DNA of 64,000 nt, from the IMG/VR virus record IMGVR_UViG_3300037423_001636, positions 141,169 through 205,168 of that record; one strand, given 5' to 3'. Made by a program: the position numbers and the translations under genes. Source of the stretch: a virus (lineage: Duplodnaviria; Heunggongvirae; Uroviricota; Caudoviricetes). Below the pieces are notes generated by a model. The model made no database searches. It saw only the letters and a program-made list of their open reading frames with translations, and was not told the DNA's origin. Shown here piece after piece: positions 19,133 through 25,029 of this stretch (position 1 is its first letter; each line of letters starts with the position of its first letter).

Positions 19133-19206
19133 TGGCTCCTAGTGTAATAGCAGCACGACACTCTCTGAAAGTGTTTGTGTGGGTGCGACTCCCACGGAGC
19201 CTGCCA
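19133..19206 (+). tRNA. tRNA-Gln(CTG)
   Basis: Acceptor TGGCTCC/GGAGCCT (position 1 is unpaired). Anticodon arm ACACT-CTCTGAA-AGTGT. T arm GTGGG-TGCGACT-CCCAC. Encoded CCA. Confidence 0.5.
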
Positions 19207-19211
19207 ATTTC

Positions 19212-19287
19212 GGGGATGTAGCTCAGCCAGTAGAGCGCCTGCATGGCATGCAGTAGGTCGTGGGAGCGAAGCCCATCATCTCCACCA
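19212..19287 (+). tRNA. tRNA-Ala(GGC)
   Basis: Acceptor GGGGATG/CATCTCC with G3:U70. D arm GCTC-AGCCAGTA-GAGC. Anticodon arm CCTGC-ATGGCAT-GCAGG. T loop AGCGAAG. Encoded CCA. Confidence 0.65.
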
Positions 19288-19317
19288 ATTTCAGTTGCAG
19301 ACGTTCGCTGTTCGTCC

Positions 19318-19430
19318 ATATCCGGACACAATGTCCGGATAAATGTCCGGATAGAGGAAGTTCGCTCGTGCTCCACTCGTAGCGGCAGAGTCTGCCATGT
19401 CTGGATATGTCCGGATTATGGCCGGATTCG
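19318..19430. promoter_or_regulatory. Palindrome/iteron cluster on the core TGTCCGGAT (operator- or origin-like)
   Basis: A perfect palindrome ATCCGGACA-CA-ATGTCCGGAT lies at about 19319-19341. Direct repeats follow: AAATGTCCGGATAG (19343), ATGTCTGGAT (19398), ATGTCCGGATT (19408) and GGCCGGATT (19421). The cluster sits in a ~340-nt gap without tRNAs. Confidence 0.5.
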
Positions 19431-19440
19431 CTAACGACCG

Positions 19441-19620
19441 CCCATCCGCACTAACCCGAATAAGCTGAGAGCGTGAGTGGCTCTTTGAAGCATGGTTGGG
19501 GCAGTCACCGGGTAAAGCCGTGACCATCGTTGCGACCGTCGATCGCCCGGTGAGAGAAATGAACGTCACTTAGGGAGACGATACCTGAGTTACAGAAGGG
19601 CGGCTATCGCGACTGAATAT
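19441..19620 (+). ncRNA. Candidate structured non-coding RNA (not tRNA-shaped) inside the array
   Basis: A 5' CCGCCC pairs with a 3' GGGCGG about 165 nt apart. Internal hairpins include GAGAGC-GTGAGTG-GCTCTT and TCACCGGG...CCCGGTGA. The unit ends ...ACTGAATATTTT with no CCA. Confidence 0.3.
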
Positions 19621-19625
19621 TTTAC

Positions 19626-19704
19626 GGTGCTCAAGCTACAGTAGACGGGCAACTCCCTCTTAAGGAGACCATTCGTGAGGCTGCAACTGCCTCGGGCACC
19701 ACCA
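19626..19704 (+). tRNA. tRNA-Lys(CTT)
   Basis: Acceptor GGTGCTC/GGGCACC. Anticodon loop CTCTTAA. T arm GAGGC-TGCAACT-GCCTC. Encoded CCA. Confidence 0.45.
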
Positions 19705-19709
19705 ATTTT

Positions 19710-19794
19710 GCGGTTCATACAAACCAAAAGGGGCACAGGTCATATGAGTGCTGAATATGGTTGAGTTTGGGTGAAATTCCCGGACGCCGCACCA
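19710..19794 (+). tRNA. tRNA-like unit (85 nt); anticodon unresolved
   Basis: The T arm TTGGG-TGAAATT-CCCGG and the acceptor 3' strand ACGCCGC with CCA are clear. The 5' strand GCGGTTC pairs at only 5 of 7 positions. Confidence 0.3.
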
Positions 19795-20104
19795 ATTTAG
19801 AGTGAGAATCAACGCATCCCAATGGGAGCAGCTAACGAGCTTAGCACTCACTCTATCCATCTTGTGTGACGGAATAACGTTTATCGTTAGGCGTAACGTG
19901 ATCGGTTGCCGAAAAGGTGACTGACGCAGGATAGACTGAACAGGAAAGGCGGATTGTCGTATGAGGTTGGCCAACCTCAGCGGGAATCGCTCTAAGGTAT
20001 TATCTCTGATAACGACCTTGGTTTTGGGGCGACGGCCCCTTCTAGCCTAAGCTCCTATTCGGTTGAAGCCTTGGGAGTAGTCAGGATTCTCCCCACATAT
20101 TTGC

Positions 20105-20192
20105 AGGAGGGTGGCTCGACAAGTAAGGCAACGGTTTCATAAGCCGTGGGGAGAAATCCCTTATACGGGGGCAGTACCCGTTCCTCCTACCA
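20105..20192 (+). tRNA. Class II tRNA with apparent anticodon CAT (loop TTCATAA)
   Basis: Acceptor AGGAGGG/TCCTCCT. The D region TGGCTCGACAAGTAAGGCA is shared with the unit at 17001. Anticodon arm ACGGT-TTCATAA-GCCGT. Variable-arm hairpin GGGA-GAAA-TCCC. T arm ACGGG-GGCAGTA-CCCGT. Encoded CCA. Confidence 0.45.
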
Positions 20193-20198
20193 ATTTAC

Positions 20199-20273
20199 GC
20201 CGCCAACTCATAGAAAGCGATGAACTGACTTGGTAAGTCAGGCAGCAGGGCGCAAGTCCCTGTGGTGGCTCCA
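20199..20273 (+). tRNA. tRNA-Thr(GGT)
   Basis: Acceptor GCCGCCA/TGGTGGC. D stem TCAT/ATGA. Anticodon arm CTGAC-TTGGTAA-GTCAG. T arm CAGGG-CGCAAGT-CCCTG. Encoded CCA. Confidence 0.65.
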
Positions 20274-20346
20274 TTTTGATCCTGTACACAGGATCATACA
20301 GCGGTTGACAGTCCCCGCTGGGAGTGGTTAGAGTCCACAGGACCGA

Positions 20347-20429
20347 GCCGATGTGGTGGAACGTATACACAACAGGTCGAGAGCCTGTCGCCGCAAGGAT
20401 TGGGGGTGCGAGTCCCTCCATCGGCACCA
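20347..20429 (+). tRNA. tRNA-Leu(GAG), class II
   Basis: Perfect acceptor GCCGATG/CATCGGC. Anticodon arm ACAGG-TCGAGAG-CCTGT. 13-nt variable arm. T arm GGGGG-TGCGAGT-CCCTC. Encoded CCA. Confidence 0.6.
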
Positions 20430-20435
20430 ATTTAT

Positions 20436-20520
20436 GGGCAGTTGGCGTAACAAGCAGCCGCGCGAGTCTTAGAAGCTCGTGGAGAAATCCGTATGGGTGC
20501 AATTCCCTTACTGCCTACCA
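20436..20520 (+). tRNA. tRNA-Leu(TAG), class II
   Basis: Acceptor GGGCAGT/ACTGCCT. Anticodon arm CGAGT-CTTAGAA-GCTCG. 13-nt variable arm. T loop TGCAATT. Encoded CCA. Confidence 0.6.
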
Positions 20521-20526
20521 ATTTAT

Positions 20527-20611
20527 GCGCGTATGGTGGAACTACTATACACAGCAGTTTCAGGAACTGCCGACTTCGGTCTTGGGGGTGGAAATCCCTC
20601 TACGCGCACCA
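20527..20611 (+). tRNA. tRNA-Leu(CAG), class II
   Basis: Perfect acceptor GCGCGTA/TACGCGC. Anticodon arm GCAGT-TTCAGGA-ACTGC. 13-nt variable arm. T arm GGGGG-TGGAAAT-CCCTC. Encoded CCA. Confidence 0.65.
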
Positions 20612-20745
20612 ATTTCCCCGTAGCTGAGAGAGATGCAAGCGCCATATCGAAACGTCGCAAGATGGATTCCGCAAGGACGGTATGGGACGATGTGCAAACA
20701 TCAGAACAGAGTGGAACTCACACTCTCGGGGAAAAATCTTTTCAC

Positions 20746-20823
20746 GGCCCGTTAGTATTACGTTCGCTAGATCGCTGCCCTTTCAAGGCAGAGGAGACGG
20801 AGCATCACCGTCACGGGCTGCCA
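20746..20823 (+). tRNA. tRNA-Glu(TTC)
   Basis: Acceptor GGCCCGT/ACGGGCT. Anticodon arm CTGCC-CTTTCAA-GGCAG. T arm GACGG-AGCATCA-CCGTC. Encoded CCA. The D region is oversized. Confidence 0.5.
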
Positions 20824-20828
20824 ATTTT

Positions 20829-20903
20829 CCCCTCGTCTTCTATACAGTAGGAAAACAGATTCTCAATCTGAAAAAGCGGATGCAAGTTCCGCCGAGGGGA
20901 CCA
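20829..20903 (+). tRNA. tRNA-Glu(CTC)
   Basis: Perfect acceptor CCCCTCG/CGAGGGG. D loop TATACAGTAG. Anticodon loop TTCTCAA. T arm GCGGA-TGCAAGT-TCCGC. Encoded CCA. Confidence 0.6.
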
Positions 20904-20907
20904 ATTT

Positions 20908-20961
20908 GACTCCACGAAAACTATCAAGTTAGCGAGGGTGAGAATCCCTTTGGAGTCGCCA
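20908..20961 (+). ncRNA. Mini tRNA-like unit (54 nt): acceptor stem + T arm + CCA, with the D and anticodon arms replaced by a short hairpin
   Basis: Perfect acceptor GACTCCA/TGGAGTC. Discriminator G and an encoded CCA. T arm GAGGG-TGAGAAT-CCCTT. The central 19 nt fold only as AACT-ATCA-AGTT. Confidence 0.4.
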
Positions 20962-20967
20962 ATTTAC

Positions 20968-21057
20968 CGGCTCGTGCTTGGAATGTATACAGCGGGGTCT
21001 TAAAAACCTTGGCTCCTTCAATGGAGATTGTGGGTGCGAGTCCCATCGGGCCGACCA
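20968..21057 (+). tRNA. Class II tRNA, Leu-like (anticodon loop CTTAAAA, TAA)
   Basis: Acceptor CGGCTCG/CGGGCCG. Anticodon stem GGGGT/ACCTT (two G-U pairs). 19-nt variable region. T arm GTGGG-TGCGAGT-CCCAT. Encoded CCA. Confidence 0.4.
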
Positions 21058-21216
21058 ATTTGAGTGTAGTGTAACAGTGAGCACGTTGGTGAGAGCAGGT
21101 TTCCTCAATCGTGACACCGCTGGCTCATAACTGGCAAGGACATGATTTGATAACTGTAAGCCTTGAATACATGCCAAAGGTCCGGTGCAATTCCGGCGCT
21201 CAACCTAAATTTTCAT

Positions 21217-21300
21217 GCCGTTGTGGTGAAATAGTAAACACAGTAGTCTCAAAAACTACCGACGAAAGTCTTGTGGGCGCGACTCCCACCTTCGGCACCA
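21217..21300 (+). tRNA. tRNA-Leu(CAA), class II; acceptor imperfect
   Basis: Anticodon arm GTAGT-CTCAAAA-ACTAC. 13-nt variable arm. T arm GTGGG-CGCGACT-CCCAC. Encoded CCA. Acceptor GCCGTTG/CTTCGGC has two U-U mismatches. Confidence 0.45.
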
Positions 21301-21468
21301 ATTTCACGGTCATTGAGGGCGACGAAATCAACCCATCCGAGGCAAAGTCGAGCGACCTGAGCCGTGAATCCATTATGGTCCCGTGTCGCAGCAGACCCGA
21401 GAGATTTATACCCTCTAGCGCGCCAGATTAGCGCCGTGATCAGGGGCAGCACCTGACGGGACTACCAA

Positions 21469-21570
21469 TTTCTCTGTTCCCGAAGGAGTGCATTCCAAAG
21501 TAGCCCATGCACGGGGCGGTGAGGTTCTATCGCGATCATACAGAGCTTTTGACCCGCGCGAACAGAGATT
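21469..21570 (+). ncRNA. About 100-nt structured RNA closed by a 9-bp terminal helix (first of the Ro60-upstream structured-RNA series)
   Basis: A 5' TCTCTGTTC pairs with a 3' GAACAGAGA about 85 nt away, followed by TTCTTTTT. Internal GTGCAT/ATGCAC and other hairpins are present. There is no CCA end. Confidence 0.35.
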
Positions 21571-21576
21571 CTTTTT

Positions 21577-21653
21577 GGCTCCTACTCCTAGATAGCGAGG
21601 ACCTCGCCTCGTAAGCGAGAGCTGAGGAGACTGCGATGTCTCAGGAGCCTCCA
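21577..21653 (+). tRNA. tRNA-Thr(CGT)
   Basis: Perfect acceptor GGCTCCT/AGGAGCC. D stem TCC/GGA. Anticodon arm CTCGC-CTCGTAA-GCGAG. T stem GAGAC/GTCTC with a 6-nt loop TGCGAT. Encoded CCA. Confidence 0.55.
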
Positions 21654-21656
21654 CTT

Positions 21657-22340
21657 TAGTCAGATAGCGAAACGCATCGGTTACTTCCGCCAACCCGTTG
21701 GGCTCACGCCCGACAAAAAGCCCGTGAACATGGAACCACGGCGACCGTGCAAATTATTCTTCTGACTTTCTACTTTGCTGTGGCGATAGGAAGCACTTAC
21801 TTCTTCGTTATTCAAATGAAACTGCCTCGCAAGGGGCGTCTGTGCATCCGCCTGTTCCCAGCAATCTATTTCCTGATGTCGTTAGAGTAAACGGTTACTT
21901 CATATTGGAATGATCGGTCTGCAAGGACCATACCCGTTCTCGCCTGTTACTCAGGAAAACTATTTTTCATTTTGCCGTAGCGAAGATCGCGGTTACTTCA
22001 TTGCAAACGAAACAACACCGCTATCGTTTATTCTCGGCAATCCACTTTCCTCAGTAGCGCAGATTGGGAGTTCTTCTATTATCACAAAAGGCCCGGTCGT
22101 CTATTCTCTGAGGGATCAATTTGGAGTGGCGTTAGAAAAGGAGTTCTTCGTATCATAAACGAGTAGTGAGAGTTCGAACCTCTCGGGGTCCACTATTACG
22201 GGCCTTTAGTGTAATGGCAGCACACTTTGGGGCGCAAGCCCCGCTCGCCTTTTCGCCTGTTCCCTCCAATCTTTTTCACGGTAGCGTAGAATACGATTTC
22301 TTCGTGAGTGCAACACCCCACCAGCCCCGCCATTACTTTT
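21657..22340 (+). ncRNA. Series of about six ~100-110-nt structured RNA modules immediately upstream of the Ro60 gene (candidate Y RNA / YrlA-like paralogues)
   Basis: Each unit repeats a hairpin of the form GCGxAGAxCGC followed by GTTACTTC or GTTCTTCGT (at about 21665, 21790, 21885, 21975, 22045, 22135 and 22280). Several units are closed by long-range 5'/3' pairing (for example AGTCAGA at 21657 with TCTGACT at 21762). The last unit has a canonical T arm GAGAG-TTCGAAC-CTCTC (22168-22184) and a CAT anticodon-like loop (22147-22163) but does not close into a tRNA acceptor stem. Confidence 0.4.
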
Positions 22341-22431
22341 TATGGGGCTGCTAGCGTATTCGCTAATTCTCCGTGATATTCTCTATACAATTCCCCACGG
22401 GCAATCAAGCTTTGTGGTGGCGCTAATAAAC

Positions 22432-23850
22432 ATGAAGACCAATAAAAAGTCAGTATCGACATTCAAGACCGCCCCGGCCGCCAAGCGTGTTGCCGGTGGT
22501 TCCGGCGCTGTCGCCGACACGATTACTGCGGAGCAAACTCTCCGTCGTTGCGTGCTAACCAATCTCCTGTGGGAAGATTGTGCGTATGAATCCGGAGTGG
22601 AGATCGCACAAAAAATCCGCGAGACCATTCCGCAGGTTCCCGCCGATCGCGTCGCAGCAATCGCCATCGAAGCGCGCGGCCAGCAAAAGCTCCGCCACGT
22701 TCCGCTGCTCCTCGTTCGCGAGATGGCGCGGTTGGATACACACCGCCATGTCGTGGCTGACACTCTTCCCCAGATCATTCAGCGGGCCGATGAGCTTGCT
22801 GAGTTTTGCGCAATCTGGCAGAAGGACGACAAAAAGCCGTTGTCCAAGACCCTATCAGCGCAAGCCAAGAAGGGTCTGGCCCGCGCCTTCGTCAAGTTCG
22901 ACGAATATGCTCTTGCGAAGTACAATCGCGACAACGCGGTCAAGCTGCGCGATGTGCTGTTCCTTTGCCACGCCAAGCCGGAAAACAAGGCTCAAGAGAA
23001 GCTGTTCAAGCGGCTGATCAACGATGAGCTGAAGACCCCGGACACGTGGGAAGTTGAGCTGTCGGCCTCCACCGACAAGAAGGCTTCATGGACTCGTCTC
23101 CTCGAAGAGGCCAAGCTTGGCGCTCTAGCCTTCATCCGCAACCTGCGCAATCTGACTCAGGCTGGCGTCGAGAAGAATCTCATCCGAGACTACTTCAAGA
23201 CGGTCAACCCGGAACGCGTTCTTCCGTTCAACTTCTTGTCCGCAGTTCGTGAGGCTCCAGAATACACCGCTCAGCTTGAGACCCTCATGCTGAAGTGTCT
23301 GGCAACCTTCCCGAAGCTGAAGGGCAAGACGGTGTTTATTGTTGACGTGTCGGGCTCGATGACCAGTGGGTTAGCCGGCAAGTCGTCCATGAACCGACTC
23401 GACGCAGCAGCGGCACTGACTGCGCTGATGCGGGAAGTCTGCGAAGAGCCAGTTATCTACGCTACGGCTGGATGTGACGGTTCTCGCAAACACGAGACGA
23501 AGGAAGTCCCAGCGGCCCGCGGTTTCGCGCTGATGGAAGAGATTCGCAAGATGCAGCACTCCCTCGGGGGTGGTGGTATCTTCCTCTGCCAGAGCACGAA
23601 GTTCGTTAAGGAGCTGGAGAAGACGGCTGATCGGCTTATTGTCCTGAACGACAGCCAAGATTGTGACTATGTGAAGGACCCGAATCAGGCGGCAGCGTTT
23701 GGTCGGTTCAACTATCTCATGGACGTTTCTTGCCACACGAAGGGTGTAGCCTACAAAGCTTTCACTCACATCGACGGCTGGAGCGAAAGTGTGATTAACT
23801 TCGTATATGAGACGGAGCGCATGGCGCTTCAATCGCGGCAGAAGAAGTAG
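22432..23850 (+). CDS. rsr: Ro60 / Rsr orthologue (TROVE domain + C-terminal vWA domain)
   Basis: The N-terminal TROVE-like region reads ...RRCVLTNLLWEDCAYESG...HVPLLLVREMAR.... The C-terminal vWA/MIDAS reads KTVFIVDVSGSMTSG. The architecture matches Ro60. The start was moved from the six-frame ORF (22342) to the ATG at 22432 because the extension overlaps an RNA hairpin. Confidence 0.75.
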   Translation: MKTNKKSVSTFKTAPAAKRVAGGSGAVADTITAEQTLRRCVLTNLLWEDCAYESGVEIAQKIRETIPQVPADRVAAIAIEARGQQKLRHVPLLLVREMARLDTHRHVVADTLPQIIQRADELAEFCAIWQKDDKKPLSKTLSAQAKKGLARAFVKFDEYALAKYNRDNAVKLRDVLFLCHAKPENKAQEKLFKRLINDELKTPDTWEVELSASTDKKASWTRLLEEAKLGALAFIRNLRNLTQAGVEKNLIRDYFKTVNPERVLPFNFLSAVREAPEYTAQLETLMLKCLATFPKLKGKTVFIVDVSGSMTSGLAGKSSMNRLDAAAALTALMREVCEEPVIYATAGCDGSRKHETKEVPAARGFALMEEIRKMQHSLGGGGIFLCQSTKFVKELEKTADRLIVLNDSQDCDYVKDPNQAAAFGRFNYLMDVSCHTKGVAYKAFTHIDGWSESVINFVYETERMALQSRQKK

Positions 23851-24700
23851 CCTTCTGTATAGCAGCATACGCTTCCTCCTCGCTCGGAAAGTAGCCCACA
23901 AAAGCTCTTCCTAGCCGGGTTGGAAGCTGTGCTTTCCATGGGTCCCGAGTGCGCGCCTTCACTCGGGAAACCCCTTCAAATCTAGAGCTGAGCTTTAGCG
24001 CTTTGTCTCGAATCGTCATATAGGCGGCTTGCTTGCGAGGCAGAGCGAGATCGGTTCCAGAGCCCCAAATGTAGTCTCCCAGAGCATATACGGGCCGACG
24101 CCCGTTGACTCGGAAGACACTCCCTTTCCCTCGTTCGTTCGTTGTGATGTCGATTCGATATTCGACGCTGAGTCGTTTACAGAGATCGCTCAGAAAGGAC
24201 CAATCCTGATCGGCTGGTCCCGCAATCTGGATCTCATGAGTGCCAAATCGCGGGTCAACACATACGCATCCATCTCCATCAATCAATCCCAGATACCAGT
24301 AGCACTGTAGATGTGACGGGATGGTGTCTAGTATCGCCCGTGGAGAACTCGACTTAGAACAGTAGCCAAGAGCGCTCAGATGTTCGACGAGATAGTGGTT
24401 GGTTGTCGTAATCACCCACGCATTTTTCCACCCCTCATTTCGAGAGGGTTTAGAGTAGCATCCCCACCGCCCGGTGCGCAGCATAATGGGTCTGAAGTGT
24501 TCAACGTCTGGCGATGTCGTGGATAGGACTACGCTTTGTGTTCTATGTGTGTTTCGGATGTGCCCATCGGCCCAAAGCAGGCCGAGGATATAGGCGTGAA
24601 CAGGCTCTGTCACGTGAATGAATGGCTGTGGATTCACAGCGTATTGGTCGAACGGCTTGAGCCGGCGTTTGACTGGTCTGGGGATGGTATTGGTCTGCAT
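23795..24700 (-). CDS. LAGLIDADG homing endonuclease (two LAGLIDADG motifs, AP2-like C-terminus)
   Basis: Minus strand. The motifs are YILGLLWADGHI and YWYLGLIDGDGCV. An AP2-like DNA-binding tail GYFPSEEEAYAA follows. The gene is free-standing between the Ro60 gene and further tRNAs. Confidence 0.8.
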   Translation of the reverse strand: MQTNTIPRPVKRRLKPFDQYAVNPQPFIHVTEPVHAYILGLLWADGHIRNTHRTQSVVLSTTSPDVEHFRPIMLRTGRWGCYSKPSRNEGWKNAWVITTTNHYLVEHLSALGYCSKSSSPRAILDTIPSHLQCYWYLGLIDGDGCVCVDPRFGTHEIQIAGPADQDWSFLSDLCKRLSVEYRIDITTNERGKGSVFRVNGRRPVYALGDYIWGSGTDLALPRKQAAYMTIRDKALKLSSRFEGVSRVKARTRDPWKAQLPTRLGRAFVGYFPSEEEAYAAIQKATSSAAIEAPCAPSHIRS

Positions 24701-24753
24701 ACAGGATTGCGACTGGATTTACACGCATTCCGAGCAGAGTTTTATTGATTTTC

Positions 24754-24825
24754 GCCGATTGCTTCAGCAAGCCCGCGAGTTTTGTAAACTTGAGGAAGAG
24801 AGGGCAGCACTCTCAGTCGGCTCCA
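24754..24825 (+). tRNA. tRNA-Thr(TGT)
   Basis: Acceptor GCCGATT/AGTCGGC. Anticodon arm CGAGT-TTTGTAA-ACTTG. T arm GAGAG-GGCAGCA-CTCTC. Encoded CCA. The D region is short. Confidence 0.45.
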
Positions 24826-24831
24826 TTCTAT

Positions 24832-24920
24832 GGTGGTAGAGGCAGAAGTAACTCAAAGCACCGCCCTGTGAAGGCGGGTCCGCAAGGACATAGCGAGTGT
24901 GAGACTCGTCTACCACCCCA
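24832..24920 (+). tRNA. tRNA-His-like (GTG) with G-1 and a C73 discriminator, atypical body (long variable hairpin, weak D arm)
   Basis: Acceptor GTGGTAG/CTACCAC with an extra 5' G at position -1 and a C discriminator (the His identity set). Anticodon arm CCGCC-CTGTGAA-GGCGG. Variable hairpin GTCC-GCAA-GGAC. T arm GCGAG-TGTGAGA-CTCGT. Encoded CCA. Confidence 0.4.
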
Positions 24921-24926
24921 ATTTAT

Positions 24927-25001
24927 GGGCCTATAGTTCAATAGACAGAACCTCAGTTTGCGGAACTGACGATCCCAGTGCGAGTCTGGGTGGGCCTACC
25001 A
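24927..25001 (+). tRNA. tRNA-Arg(GCG)
   Basis: Acceptor GGGCCTA/TGGGCCT. Anticodon arm TCAGT-TTGCGGA-ACTGA. T arm CCCAG-TGCGAGT-CTGGG. Encoded CCA. Confidence 0.5.
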
Positions 25002-25029
25002 TTCTACGCTTGACTCCGGCCGCTAGGCT

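Larger units (their letters stand above)
15432..21653 (+). other. Giant tRNA gene array (at least 35 tRNA and tRNA-like units)
   Basis: Periodic 72-91-nt units have paired 7-bp acceptor ends, anticodon and T stem-loops and an encoded CCA. Each is followed by (A/T)TTT and a 1-10-nt spacer. Only one protein gene (16144-17007) interrupts the ~6.2-kb array. Confidence 0.7.

Noticed and set aside
16138-19376. Minus-strand ORFs inside the tRNA array (for example 16138-16839 and 18849-19376) and the many short plus-strand ORFs across 15.4-21.7 kb
   Set aside because: They overlap tRNA genes or the plus-strand endonuclease gene, are low-complexity and Arg/Ser/Pro-rich, and lack motifs or start contexts. 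I treat them as chance ORFs in GC-rich structured-RNA DNA.
19441-19620. tmRNA (SsrA) in the tRNA-free gap of the island
   Set aside because: There is no tag-peptide reading frame ending in a stop after a resume codon, no canonical T arm or CCA 3' end, and the unit is half the usual tmRNA length. I kept it only as a generic structured-RNA candidate.
15432-21653. CRISPR-array interpretation of the periodic ...CCA(A/T)TTT repeats
   Set aside because: The repeats are not identical direct repeats. The intervening sequences are 72-91 nt and fold as cloverleaves with anticodon diversity. No cas genes are present.
22342-22431. N-terminal extension of the Ro60 ORF (six-frame ORF begins MGLLAYS... at 22342)
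   Set aside because: The extension overlaps a strong hairpin (CAGCCCC...GGGGCTG at about 22320-22350) and the last structured-RNA module. The Ro60-like homology begins after MKTNKK, so I moved the start to the ATG at 22432.
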